This document shows, piece after piece, positions 48,661 through 61,715 of a DNA stretch of 64,000 bases (its first letter is position 1; every line of letters begins with the position of its first letter). The stretch is from Felis catus (taxonomy: Eukaryota), in the NCBI RefSeq assembly GCF_018350175.1, contig NC_058368.1:211546001-211610000 (forward strand). Direction: 5' to 3'. Under the pieces are notes generated by a model that was not told the origin of the DNA, searched no databases, and saw nothing but the letters and a program-made list of their open reading frames with translations. The translations under genes were made by a program, and so were the position numbers.

Positions 48661-51373
48661 TTTTTAACTATCAAATACATAAAGTGAAAAAGGGGGCCAT
48701 CTGCCAAGTTAGGTAGTGAAAAATGTCTTTAGAGGAAGTGAGAGGGTAGGGTTCCATTTATGGTTATATTTAATTCTTGTTTTTACGCTAGAAAAACTTA
48801 ATTGTCAAACATTGGCTTACCGCAGATTTCATCGGTTCTCTTACTTTCAAAATGGGGAGGACTTGGACTCCACATTCTGGAATGTTGGAAATGTCATTAC
48901 AGAGATCACAATGGTTTTGTTTGGACTGTTCAATTTCTTTACCCATATATCCAGGGCCTCAAATACTTTTCAGAACAAGGGAAAAATATGTTAATAACTC
49001 AGATTCCATGTCTTAGGGCCCAGGAGCAGGACTAGAGGGTAGATGCAGAACACAAAAATTATTTCTGCTGCCCAACGGTCATGTTTGGACATTACTTGAA
49101 CATCGTGCATTCAAAAAAGAATGTTCCTCATCTCGGTCCAACAGGGGTAGCGGGGGCTGCTCACTTGAAGGCAGGGCTCATTTCCTTTGACATAATGGGG
49201 TTACTTTGCATGCTGCAGTGCCCTGCCTTCTTCTGACAACCGCACCCCACCTCCTTTAAAAAAAAAAAAATCCCTCCAAGGTGTCACCCTCCTCCGACCT
49301 GGCTGTATTCTGACCATGGGTGTTCCCTGAGAGATGGGAATGTGTCTTCAGCAAGGCTACTAGGAGATTCTCCCTGGGATTTCAGGAGGAGGGTAGAGGT
49401 AGCGGACAGGGGAGGGAGAGAAGAGGGAGGAAAAGGAAGGGAGACAGGAAGGGAATGAAAGGGGGTGACAGAGAAGGAGGGAGAGACCTTCCTCTCTGGT
49501 GGAGAAATGGGAAAGCATGGGCCTGGCAGCAGCCCCAGCCGGGTACAGAGAGCTGGTTTGAGAAAAGAACCAAAAAGGGCCCTGGGTCCAGGGATCCCTG
49601 AGGGCCTAAAGGGGCTTCTACCCTTTGAGCACAGGATTTGGGGTCACATGAGTCAGGACACTCTCCTTGTAGCCCAAGCTGGGTGTCTGTCAAAGAGACA
49701 AATCCTCATAGTGGATCTTGCTCAGGCTGTCATCTTGGATGCCACAGTAAAAGGGGACCTAGAACTTCAGCATTTCTGTCTGATCACCTCCTTTCTGAAG
49801 TCAGGAGCTAAATTCACTTCAGGGACCTCCAGAAGCGAAATACACACTCTTTGGAGTCAAACTGGGCTGAACACAACAGATGACCTACAACGTCCCCTGT
49901 TGAACCCAAAGGTAAGGAAGAGCAATTTTATCATTCATTCCTTTGGCTATCAGCTGCTCCCTGGTGTATTCTGCCCCAGGCAGCAGGCCCTGGCCCACCC
50001 CCACCCCATGTACTCCATGCTGTATTCACCTCCAACACTGCAGTCACCCCAGAAGACCTCTGCAGCAGGCCCAGCGTGGGTCTTTGGGCTATTTCCATTC
50101 CGAAAGGCTGTGCTGCTCTTTGACTCTTCTACAGGAACCAGCCAACAACGAAAAGAATCACAATTAACTGGACACGAATAGCATTAGACTATTTTAAACC
50201 CTCATGAAATAAAAAGCCACCGTAACAGCTGGGTCCAAGAGGGACCCCGTGCTGCCAATGAGGTGCACCTGACTGCCTCTGCTCCACGGGGGACCTGGCT
50301 GCACAGAGCTGAGGGGGACTGGGGAGGGAGACCGGGAAGCTGCTCGGAGCTGAGGCTAAGGAGGAATAAGGAAAACCTTGAGAATAGGTGGGAACAAGGG
50401 GAAAGGAGCAGGGCGCTGGGGCGGCTCAGCTGGACCAGGAGGCCTCAGGGCGCAAGGATAATCCTCCAGGCAGTTAATCCTTGAATATCGCTGAAGATGG
50501 GATATGCAAACATGCTGCCAATCACCCCAATTTATTCTAAACAAGACACCTGGAAGAGAAGCCTAATGGGGTGGCTCAATCAAGGCACCATACCCCAGGG
50601 GCTATGCGAGCCTGGATCTGCCACACCCCTGCCCTGGCAGTGTGCAAGAAGAGCCTCTCCAACCTTTTCCCATCAGAAGCCCCAGCCTGTTCCGTGCCTG
50701 TGCCAGATGGGGGCCCTAGAACCACCTGCCTAGTGAAGACAAACTCTTAACTGAATGCGAAACCCTGGCCCTTCTATCAATTTCCGACCACTTTCTGTGT
50801 TTAGGGATAAGAAGCAAACAGCTTTCACATGAAAGATGGGAACACTTCCATTAACGGTAACAAAGATGAAACATTTTTCCCCCCACGCCCCAGACATCCA
50901 CAGACCAACATGCCTTATATGTGACACCAGGAGGGTTTACAGGGTAAAAATATCACGGCTAGGCAAGAACTTGTAATTTAAGGAGAAAAAGAAGAAACCT
51001 ATGCTGTTTTATTTATTCTTAGGCACTGAATCCCAACTACCGGCCAAGTACATAGGGGATGTAGAAATGTGGCTCATACACCATCCTGCCTACAAGAGGG
51101 GAAACAAATAAATAAAAAAATAAATAAAGGTCTATGTAGATCAATGCACTTGCACAGAAGCACAGACATACAGATTTGTACACCCAACACACACCATCCA
51201 TTATAGCACATGTAATCAGTTTTTGATTTACCTCTAAAGAAATGCTGAAAGCTAAGGGCAAAATCCCAGATAACTGGGTAAAGACACAGGGAAGCTGAAA
51301 TGTGTTTACTGAAGGCATTCCAGGTGTCAGGTGTGCTAAGGTCACAGGATCCACAAAATGACATATTGTTAGA

Positions 51374-51670
51374 TCAGTGCTGTCCAATACATGCGATTAC
51401 CGAGCATCTGAAATGTGACTAGTGCACACTGGTGTGCCCTGTAAGTGGAAAACACACAACACATTTCAAGGACTCACTAGGAAAAACAAACGTCAACTAT
51501 ATCATCAGTAAGTTTTACATTGAATGCATATTGATAACATTCTGGACACACCAGGTCAAATAAAATATATCATTACAATTAATTTCATTTGCTTCCTTTG
51601 CTACTAGAAAACTCAAAATGACCTACGTGGCTTGTATTTGTGGCTCGCTTATGTTTCTGTTAGGTAGTGA
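51374..51670 (-). mobile_element. MER33 hAT MITE
   Basis: cagtgctgtccaata...gagcatctgaaatgtgactagt...ctactagaaaa...gtggctcgcttatgtttctgttagg. Confidence 0.8.
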
Positions 51671-52250
51671 GGACTGAAGATTTTCCCTTCAAAAGACTGC
51701 GATGGCACATCCACTCAGTGACAGCAGCACCTTATTACTACTACTAAGGCAGGCAGAAAATTAAGCAGAAAATGTCTATGTTACCATGTCACGTTTAAGG
51801 TGCACTTAATACCATAAACTCGTACAACTCAGGTCTGGCCAATACTCCAAGCTCATGACAAAGAATGCTGTACATTAAAAGATTCACTCTGTCACATGCA
51901 GGAGGAAGAAAGATGGTCCAACTGCTTCACTTCACTCCAGACTGCCGGACCTCTGCACACACTCAACTGGTACTCTGTTCCATGCGGTTCAGAACATAGA
52001 TTTTTGTCTGGCAACAGCTGGACGATTTTCCAAAGCCTTCCATAGGGAATTTCACTTCCTCATCAGTTTGTTCTAAGTGCCACTGACTTTGCTTTCACCG
52101 CAATGTTACGGTTCTGTGCCTGGATTAGGACGGAAACAGCACGAGTTGTCTTGTGGAACTTGAGGAACTTGTTGATGCAATTTGTTAGAAAGCGTCAGGT
52201 AGAACCATAATGGCCAGTCTACCAGCACTTCTTTCAAGGTAGGTGATAAA

Positions 52251-52375
52251 GGGGCGCCTGGGTGGCTCAGCTGGTTAAGCGTCCAACTTCGGCTCGGGTC
52301 ATGATCTCACAGTTCAGGAGTTCGAGCCCAGCATCTGGCTCTGTGCTGACAGCTCAGAGCCTGGAGGTTGCTTCC

Positions 52376-52430
<55 letters not shown>

Positions 52431-52490
52431 CACCCGCCCCCCACGCTTGTCTCTCTCTTAAAAATAAGCAAACATTTAAAAACAAATTAA
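52251..52490 (+). mobile_element. CAN-SINE with expanded (CT)n
   Basis: TSD aaggtaggt(t)gataaa; (CT) run ~52379-52427. Confidence 0.95.
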
Positions 52491-52961
52491 AGGTAGGTTG
52501 ATAAAGAACATGATTAACATTAGCAATTAGAGTAACAGCCACAATAGTGGTCATTTACTTAAAATGATTACCTTGCAAAATTTTATTTTACTTGCAAAAA
52601 AATGTTTTTTGACTATTTAATTATAAATGAGTATTTTCTCATTTAATGCTTTTACCACTTTGGAATTAGATGCTGTCATCAGATTAGGAAACTGCCATCC
52701 AGAAAGTTGATTTTGCCAAAGTGGCACAGTTTATAAATGAAGGAAGTTGGATTTAAACTCAGCTTCCAGGCCCAAAACAGGTCACTGGGCTGCATATGAA
52801 ATGCAGCACTAATAATAATTGTCAAACAACAACAACGAAGTCTGGCCAACAGACCAACCTTTTTACTACTTAAAAAAAAAAAAAATAGTTGCCTTTAAAG
52901 ATGGAACCGTGCTCAGATCTGCTGCTGCCACATACGGAGCTCCTTCTAAGAAGTCTGAGTG

Positions 52962-53189
52962 GGGGCGCCTGGGTGGCGCAGTCGGTTAGGCGTCCGACTT
53001 CAGCCAGGTCACGATCTCGCGGTCCGTGAGTTCGAGCCCCGCGTCAGGCTCTGGGCTGATGGCTCGGAGCCTGGAGCCTGTTTCCGATTCTGTGTCTCCC
53101 TCTCTCTCTGCCCCTCCCCCGTTCATGCTCTGTCTCTCTCTGTCCCAAAAATAAATAAACGTTGAAAAAAAAAAAAGAAAGAAAGAAAA
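52962..53189 (+). mobile_element. CAN-SINE, youngest subtype
   Basis: Perfect TSD aagaagtctgagtg (52948-52961 / 53190-53203); CpGs intact. Confidence 0.97.
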
Positions 53190-53681
53190 AAGAAGTCTGA
53201 GTGGAGCAACTTGAAAAAGGCATTCTTCTGGCTGTTTGCCCTCACTCACACACCCCTGCCTCATTCCAGGGGAGGGTAGCATTTTTACTTCTTTGTCTTC
53301 TTCATTTGCAGAGCATATGTGTGACAAGAAAATTTAAGGAACTCACCAGTCAAAAATCCCTTTTCCATATAGCTTTGCTAAAGATACCAAGTCAGTAACA
53401 GTGAAAATGTAAAGACGATTTCAAACCAGTGACGTGGCTATCTTTATACTCCACTGAGCTGGGAAACTACAGATTTGGGTGGAGGTTTCCATGTTTTGGT
53501 AACAATTTGCAAAAGCAGAACTTCTAGATACTTAGATGCGTCCTTGTGATTACAGCATTTCTGCTCCTTAAGAAATTATTCTAATAACCTGTGTAACAGC
53601 TCTTGCCAAGGTATTAAAAAATGAAATATTACAATTCTTCAGAATTAAAAGCACCAAGAGTATAATTAAAGTGGAATCCTA

Positions 53682-53900
53682 GGGGTGCCTGGGTGGCTCA
53701 GTCGGTTGGGCGTCCGACTTCGGCTCGGGTCATGATCTCGCTGTCTGTAAGTTTGAGCCCCACATCGGGCTCTGGGCTGACAGCTCAGAGCCTGGAGCCT
53801 GTTTCGGATTCTGTGTCTCCCTCTCTCTCTGACCCTCCCCTGCTCATGCTCTGTCTCTGTCTCAAAAATAAATAAAACGTTAAAAAAAAATTAAAAAAAA
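53682..53900 (+). mobile_element. CAN-SINE
   Basis: Perfect 14-bp TSD aaagtggaatccta. Confidence 0.97.
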
Positions 53901-56561
53901 AAAGTGGAATCCTAAAACACATCGCCCAACCAGACAGGAATGGGGCAGAGAGTACAGGTGTTATTTGTTATTTGAAGCACCCGCAACCCCCGGCAGGCGG
54001 CCACCCGAGCCTGAAGCAGATATCACCAGGATAGGGTGAGCCACTCTTTCTGTTTTCCCTTGCCACCTTGGACATAAACACCCGCTTGCCAGGTAATGAG
54101 AATAAAATGCGCTTTGTTCCAAGGGGTATGCACTTGAAATAATCAGGAGCGGTTTTAAAGAAGAGGAAGAAAGCAAGCTTGCTGCCAAACAAGACACTAA
54201 CAGCAACACAGCCATCAACAGATTGGCCCCGAGACAGGCAAGGAGAGGAGTCATTTTGAGGAAATCTCTTTCTGGCTTTCGGAGGCTCTGGAGGAAAATA
54301 ATAGAGAAAGTAAACAAACGGCACACGAAACATGGCATAAAGTGGTATAACACAGAAAGAAACTAATTAGAGGATTTGGTCAAGATTGCTGAATGGGGGT
54401 ATACACAAGGTTAGTGGCAGAAAGGAGTTTCTTCTTAGAAGATCTCCTAGGGAATCCTGAACGGTATACAGGATTGGTCATAGTTTCTCTGCCTATATTT
54501 TAAATAGTTTTTCCCAACTTACAAAAAGCTCACAGGAAGGAAATGTGAAACTTTTGTTTAATCAGGAGAGAGACAGAATATAGCTTCACCTCTTCCCCAC
54601 ACGCCCTTCTCCAATCTAAGTCCACCAGTACAAAGCTCAAGAAGGTTCTGAGAGCATCCGAACCATCGCCCCCATCGTAAATGTGGACTGGGTGGCCCTG
54701 AAAGAAGATGCAACTGGAGAGAATGGCTACTCACCACCACCCAGCCCTGCGTGAGGATCTCCTGACGAGGCTGACCCAGGACCTCAGGGCCCCTTCGATG
54801 CTTCCTAGGGCCCCAGCATATGTTTATGCCCAGGCCCTAGCTTGCATTTTAATTTTGGCTGCCTTCTACGGAAGGAAAAGGCAACCCACTGTCCATAAAG
54901 TTTGGCTCACAAGTTCCCACATCCTCTGGGCGGCCGGGAAGAGACCACGCCAAGCAGTGAAGTGACTACCGGTCATAATCATCCAGGGCAAGTTAGTGCT
55001 CTCCATTTTTGAAAAATGATCAATTGCCAACATGTCAACTTTCATAGGAAGAGATGGTCAAGTTAAATGAGCAGTCTTGTCCAATTAAGAGACTCAGCAC
55101 AGAAGTTAACTCACTGGAAAAGCTTGACAAATATTTGTTCATGTGATTCTTGCTCAGCAGTATGCTAAGGGACTGGGTTCTGGTACCTTCTGACCTTCAT
55201 GTCCCTGCTCAATGCCATCTGCCTCCCGGGATTCCCACCGGAATCCAACCCAGCTTGTCCAAGTCTACACCAGTCTTCTTCATGGGCATCAAGTAATTAG
55301 CTACATATAGGACTCCTACGGTCACGGTCTACATCACAGAGACAAAAGTACAACACTTAGAAGCCCTGTGCTACGAGCAGCCAGAATGGAGGTTCATCTG
55401 GCTCTGCCTCTTAATGTGCCACCTTCTAAGGGGTCATTTCACTTCCCCAGGCCCCAATCCAGCTGTGAAAGGAGTTCTCCCACCACTTTATCCCAACCAT
55501 AGTCTGCCCTGTACTATAGTGGACTGCAAATGGGTTAACCTGGTTAGAACTGTAAGCCCCTTGAAGGCAGGTATCATCCTTCACGTACGAATCTTCTAAC
55601 ACTCAGTGATTCTATCAACATGGACTGCTCACAGTCCATGTGACAATGAAGAAGACCAGCCTGGACCTCCAAAAGCCAACAGCCAGGAGCACAGTGTCTG
55701 GTGCACCGAAGGAGCTCAATTCAATTAAACTGACTCATAGAGGCTGCATCGCTTGCCCTGTAACAGGCAGGTATGTTATCCCCTTTGGCCCGATTTCGAC
55801 TAAAGAGACCAATGATGTCACCTAAGGTGAACAGTGACAGAATAAGCTCCCTGCATGGGGCTAACAATGGCAGTATCTGCTCCCAGTGTCTGCTACCTCC
55901 CACAGAAGGATGACTCTCTGGGAGCGCAGGCAGCCAGCTGAGGGTCAGCTCCCTGTCTTCCTCAGGTTTCCTGGAGGAAGCCCCATCAGGCTGGGAGGCC
56001 AAGATGAGCAGACAGACAGTGTGTTGGGAACATTTCCTCCACTGGACTGAGCAAAGATTTATCCCGTGAGCTGGGGAGTAGGGTTAGGTGCAGCCCAGGG
56101 ACATCTTAGTTCCATACTGCCACAGCAAGGGAGGGAGGTGCTGCCCCCGGAAAGCAGAAGACCATCCAGACCCAACACTAGACCAAGAAATAGGTGGTCC
56201 TTGGGGCAAGAAACTCAAGAATCCTCCTTAGAATTCATCAGAGCTCTGTGATATAGTCAGACTACTGATCCATGCATTACTTCTGAATAGCATTTTATTG
56301 CATCCAGTCCAAACAGTTCCTAAAAATGGTCAGTGGCATGTCAACTGGTCGTCATAGCAACCAGTGACTGGTTTTCCGACTGAAGGTGTAATTCTTTCCA
56401 CTCATGTATGACAGGTTATCAGGTCTGGGGATAGTGGCACATGATAGAAAATAAACCCTTGTAATTATACTCTTGATCCCTAAGAGGTAGCTGTTAAAGG
56501 TAAACAGCACAAATTCGATAGTGGTTTTCTAGGTGCTTTCAACAGATCTTGAGATTTTTGC

Positions 56562-56821
56562 TTTTTTTTTAAGTTTATTTTGAGAGAAAGAGGAGAGAGC
56601 ACAAGTGGGGGAGGAGCAGAGAGAGAGGAAGAGAGAGAGGAAGAGAGAGAGGAAGAGAGAGAGGAAGAGAGAGAGGAAGAGAGAGAGGAAGAGAGAGAGA
56701 GAATCCCAAGCAGGCTCTGCCTGGTCAGCTCAGAGCCCAACGCGGGGCTTGAACTCACAACCACGAGATCACAACCTGAGCCAAAGTCGGATGCTTAACC
56801 AACTGAGCCACCCGGGGGCCC
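56562..56821 (-). mobile_element. CAN-SINE containing a 12-bp tandem array
   Basis: Degraded TSD agatcttg(a/g)g(a/c)tttt; (gagagagaggaa)x6 at 56619-56690. Confidence 0.93.
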
Positions 56822-57267
56822 TTAGATCTTGGGCTTTTAATCTGGGGAGTCCAAAGAGGTTCATAAATGTACTTAATGCAGGGAGTTCCATGCTCTTGAG
56901 ACCGACAAAGATTATGAATGTACAGCATCCCTGTATATAGGTGAAACTCTCCCTAGGAAAAATGGTCCAAAAGCTGTATCAGATTTGCAAATGTGTACAA
57001 AACATTTAGAAATCACTGCTAAGTGGCCTTTTCTGGTTTGCAAAATGGACTCCTCTTGGAGGAAAACATTTTCCTCTGTGCTGCCCTAGAGCAAAGGGAA
57101 GCTGTTCAGCCTTACATTCATTACCAGCACACTCTGCCAGAGTTCCTTTTTCTGGCTGACTTTCCATCACTGCCACCAACAAAAGAACTGGACAGATGTA
57201 GTGAACAGTCTCATAGATGCTGCTGTGGCTGTTTTGTAGTCATTTACACTTTAAGAAGAAAAAAACA

Positions 57268-57450
57268 GGGGCACGTCAGTGGCTCAGTCAGTTAAGCATC
57301 ACACTCTTGATTTCAGCTCGAGTCATGACTCACAGTTCCTGAGTTCAAGCCCCGCATCGGACTCCACATGCACACTGAGCCTGCTTGGGATTCTCTCTCT
57401 CCCTCTCCGCCTCTCCCCCACACACTCTTTCAAAATAAATAAACTTAAAG
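57268..57450 (+). mobile_element. CAN-SINE, older
   Basis: ggggcacgtcagtggctcagtcagttaagc head. Confidence 0.88.
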
Positions 57451-58157
57451 GACATTATTATAAAAAAAAAAAACATTCCAGATTTAGCAAACCAAACTCA
57501 TCTAGAAATCATAAAGAAAAAAGCAAAGAGAAGACCAATTTTGTTGTTACAAATCGCCATGCCTAACAGGGATAGGAAAAGTTGAGTTGCGGTATAAAAA
57601 ATATAATGATTGTGAGGGAAAATTGATAAGTAGAGGATGAATTGCTTATGTTAGCTTACTTGATAATAAACTTTGGTGTTCAGCAAATATCTAAGGAGAA
57701 AATAAAAATAGTCTATGCTTTCTCCCACTGTACAAGTAAACTTCTTAGACTACAACCAACTTTTCTCACAAGCAGATTCTGTGGTGACGAATGGTCATGG
57801 TATTTACATAGCAAAACAATGTATATCCAGTGAGCACCATTCACTACAGAAGAAACTGGACTAGACAGCAGGTGAGGTTAGAGGAGGTGACCCACCACAC
57901 ATAACCCACTAGAATAGCAGTCAAAACACAATGCACAGACTTTTCTGAACGGTGGACATGTTTCTTGAACACGGGAGAAAACAAAGGCTTAGAGAGGTGA
58001 AATGGCTTTGTGTGGGGAGAAAGGAGACCTGCATCTTCTGAACCTCAACCTGCATTTTGCTATCTCCACTCCTCTTCCCTATCTTTTGATTATTAAATTC
58101 TAGACTAGGACAGCTAAATATCTGATGACCTCCATGAAAGGCTTTATGCACACCTGT

Positions 58158-58191
58158 GCATGTGTGTGTGTGTGTGTGCGCGTGTGTGTGT
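58158..58191. repeat. (TG)n microsatellite, interrupted
   Basis: tgtgtgtgtgtgtgtgtgcgcgtgtgtgtg. Confidence 0.9.
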
Positions 58192-58454
58192 AATTCAATA
58201 AATGTTAATCACCTACTATGTGACAGATATGCTACTGGACACATGGAATATAAAACTGAAGAATGAGGCAGACTTCTTCCTTCATTCAAATAGAATTTGT
58301 TTTAAAGTACATGGTTAAGTCTATAAAGTTACTTATTAAAATACTGACTAAATTTACTGATACTGATCAGTGAGTCTGATGTTGAAGACTAGTTTTTTGT
58401 TCACTGTAGATGGCTGGAGTTGGGAAACTGATGGTTGATTAACAATCCTCTTGT

Positions 58455-58666
58455 GGGGCGCCTGGGTAGCTCAGTTGGTTAAGAGACTTTGGCTCAGGTC
58501 ATTATCTCCTGGTTCAGGAGTTCAAGCCCCACATCGGGTTCTGTGCTGACAGCTCAGAGCCTGGGGCCTGCTTCAGATTCTGTCTCCATCTCTCTGCCCC
58601 TCCCCTGTTCATGCTCTGGCTCTCTCTCTCTCAAAAATAAACACTACAAAAAATTAAAACAAAAAC
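58455..58666 (+). mobile_element. CAN-SINE
   Basis: ggggcgcctgggtagctcagttgg head; degraded TSD acaa(t/c)cct..t. Confidence 0.92.
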
Positions 58667-59692
58667 ACAACCCTTCTCCTTCATTAAACCACCTACACTT
58701 TTCAGCTCATGGGTAGTAACCCAAAAGGAAGAAATTTCTAAATCATGTAGCATCTTGAGACTAATCAAATTATTGTATGCTTACAGTTTTCAGCTTGAAG
58801 TGTAACCCTATCTGGGTCCATAATAAACTGATTTCTTCCAGTATCATTTTATTACAGAGGATACAATGGTTGTACTTCGATACACTAGTTATTTTTTTGT
58901 AAAGGATACCATCAGTATCATATACCCATATAGTTAACAGGAAAAAAATAACCCTAGACTCCTTTTCTCTATCACCCACTTAAAATACACCCAAGAGGCC
59001 TTTGATATATTTAGTTTTGTTTTGTCAACTCCTATATTCATCATGCAAGATAGAGAAAATTCAGTTGGCTTCTAGCAAAATAAAGCACGACACTAGAACA
59101 GTGAATGTTTTTAATAAAATTAAGGATTTAATGATGTGACAATTTTAAAAGTATTTCTAGGTACCCTACTATATATTGGTTGCTTTTGGATCTTCAGATT
59201 AAGGTCATCTCCCTCCACCCCAACAAAAATTCACCATGAATGTAGTTAGCAATGATGAGTATACCCTCCACAAACAATTCAGAGAAACACACTTTCTATT
59301 CTTGGAAATTCAGGGTAGTTGGCATTGAGATCATTCCTGGGCTGTCTGTACAGATGCTGTGTGCATAGGAGAGTCAGTCTTCCATATTTAAAATGTTGGA
59401 AAGCTAAGTTATCAAGAAAAGCAAAGATGGGTGTGCTTCCAAATGTTACTTACGTTTTCATCTGAATTCAGGTTTAGGCAAATGTTGGCAGAAAAAAATA
59501 GGAAGACAAGTACTCTGTAGGATAAATCACACAGATTTAAATAGAGTACTTTCTTTCTAAGATGTATACTTTTTTTATCTTAGGACATCTTGGGGGACTC
59601 AGTTACAGCTGTGGAACCACCAGCACCATTAAGGATATCCACAATGTACTAAAAGAGAAATTCTAAGTAGAAAAACCTACAAAGAGCATTAT

Positions 59693-60060
59693 ATCCATTC
59701 ATCCAAACATTTGAGTACCTACTATTTGTCAACACTGCTCTAGGCACTAAGGATACAGCAGCAACAAAAGACACAAGATCCGTGCCTTTGCAGAGCTTGT
59801 GTTCTCCTAATGAGACGAATATGTACCAAAATATATGGCAAACTAGGTGTTAAGCGCCATGGAGAAAAAAAAAAAAAAAAGACAGAAGAGGGGCAGGGCA
59901 TGCTGGGAGCTGATGTGACACACACCTGAGTGAAGACCTGGGGTACTGAAGGGCACAGCCACGGAGAGGATCTAGAAGGGTGGTCTAGACAGTGGGACAG
60001 CAAATGCGAGTGCTGAGGCAGGAATGTGCCTGGCGATTTGGAGGGATAATGAGGAAGCCC
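59693..60060 (-). mobile_element. L2 3' fragment
   Basis: ccattcatccaaacatttgagtacctactatttgtcaacactgctctaggcactaaggatacagca...ctgaggcaggaatgtgcctggc. Confidence 0.75.
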
Positions 60061-60793
60061 AAGTGTTTAAATGCCTTAAATTGCTTCCAGATTAAGGGGT
60101 TACAATTTGGGGCAAAATGTCAACACATTTTCATAAACTCTTAGAGCAAGAACATGCCTTTGCAAATGCTTGCTAAAACTACTTAATCTTACCAAGCTGG
60201 AAGAAATGAGGAAGAGAAGCTTGAGTGGGTAATCCAAGGTTACACCACTGGTGACGCCTGAGAAAAGCCTTTGGAACCAGTATCCCAAACTCAGCACCAC
60301 AGTCTGTCTCAGACTTCAACTTTATAATTAAGAGGCTCTGTTCCTCTTCAAAAAAATGAAATTATAAAAAACAAAATAATCCAACTAAGAATCTTAAAGC
60401 TGAAAATAGGTCAAACTCACTTTTTTCACTCAACAGATAAGAGAGACCCTATGTACACCCTAAATTTTTGGTGAGGAATGAAATAATAAATGCAGCATTA
60501 CCTAGACCCGATCTCCCAGCAGTTCATGGGATAGGTGTAGAACAGAAACCGGTCTCTAATAGCTTATAATAGCACTGTTCGTTATACTTAAAAAAAAAAA
60601 AAAAAAAAAAAAGGAAACAGATCAACTGCCCTTAGTAGAAAAAGTGTAACGGTGACAAATTGGAAACATTCTAATTTTCTCTTTGCAAGGGATTAGTGTG
60701 GTACCATTTATTTCTATGCTGGAATTCTCTGTAGCAGCTCAATAAGAGTTACATGGACCTCAACACATAATGACATTTAAAAATGCAAGGGGT

Positions 60794-61023
60794 GGGGCGC
60801 CTGGGTGGCGCAGTCGGTTAAGCGTCCGACTTCAGCCAGGTCACGATCTCGCGGTCCGTGAGTTCGAGCCCCGCGTCAGGCTCTGGGCTGATGGCTCGGA
60901 GCCTGGAGCCTGTTTCCGATTCTGTGTCTCCCTCTCTCTCTGCCCCTCCCCTGTTCATTCTCTGTCTCTCTCTGTCCCAAAAATAAATAAAAAATGTTAA
61001 AAAAAAATAAAATAAAATAAAAT
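60794..61023 (+). mobile_element. CAN-SINE, youngest subtype
   Basis: Perfect 15-bp TSD aaaaatgcaaggggt (60779-60793 / 61024-61038). Confidence 0.97.
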
Positions 61024-61319
61024 AAAAATGCAAGGGGTGTGTACATAGACTTATGCCATTTATGTAAAATATTAAATACACAAGCTCACAGATATTGCTT
61101 ATGGACATATAATATACAGAAATACCAAAACGTGCTTGGAAACTACGAATCTAACTTCACTTTAGTGGTCACCCGAAGACGGAGGAAGTGGAGGAAGAGT
61201 GGATAAAACACTTCAGTTGCAGTTTTATTGGCGGCGATATGAAACAAATAATGGACATATTAGCAACTTTTAAACATAAGTAGTGGCCATTTTTTATGTG
61301 TGAAATATTTCACACTTAG

Positions 61320-61526
61320 TTTTATTTATTTTTGTTTATTTATTTTTGAGACAGAGAGACCGTGAGCAGGGGAGGGGCAGAGAGAGAGGGAGGCACAGAA
61401 ACTGAAGCAGGCTCCAGGCTCTGAGCTGTCAGCACAGAGCCCTATGCAGGGCTTGAACTCACAAGCTGTGAGATCAGGACCTGAGCTGAAGCCGGTCGCT
61501 TAACCGACTGAGCCACCCAGGCGCCC
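61320..61526 (-). mobile_element. CAN-SINE
   Basis: Ends gccacccaggcgccc; TSD-like agtttt(t)at. Confidence 0.94.
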
Positions 61527-61569
61527 AGTTTTATATTGAAAGGAAAAAAGCAGAGAGACAAAGCTCCTC

Positions 61570-61715
61570 CATCATACTCCATTAACTGCAAGCCAAGTTT
61601 CCTTAACCTCCAAACCTCAGTTTCTTCACCTTTAAAATGTCAGTGACACTAAGTGTGCCTGCCTCAAAGAGGATTTGGGAAGCGGTGGCCTGGAGACAGT
61701 GCTTCAACGTCAGGG
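61570..61715 (+). mobile_element. MIR fragment
   Basis: caagtttccttaacctccaaacctcagtttcttcacctttaaaatg. Confidence 0.7.

Noticed and set aside
49465..50181. 238-aa plus-strand ORF
   Set aside because: GTG start, antisense to RAI14, no recognisable homology or retrocopy hallmarks. A BLASTP/PhyloCSF hit would overturn this.
56480..56940. EREE/RKRE/LSSS repeat ORFs
   Set aside because: Translations of the 12-bp array inside a SINE.
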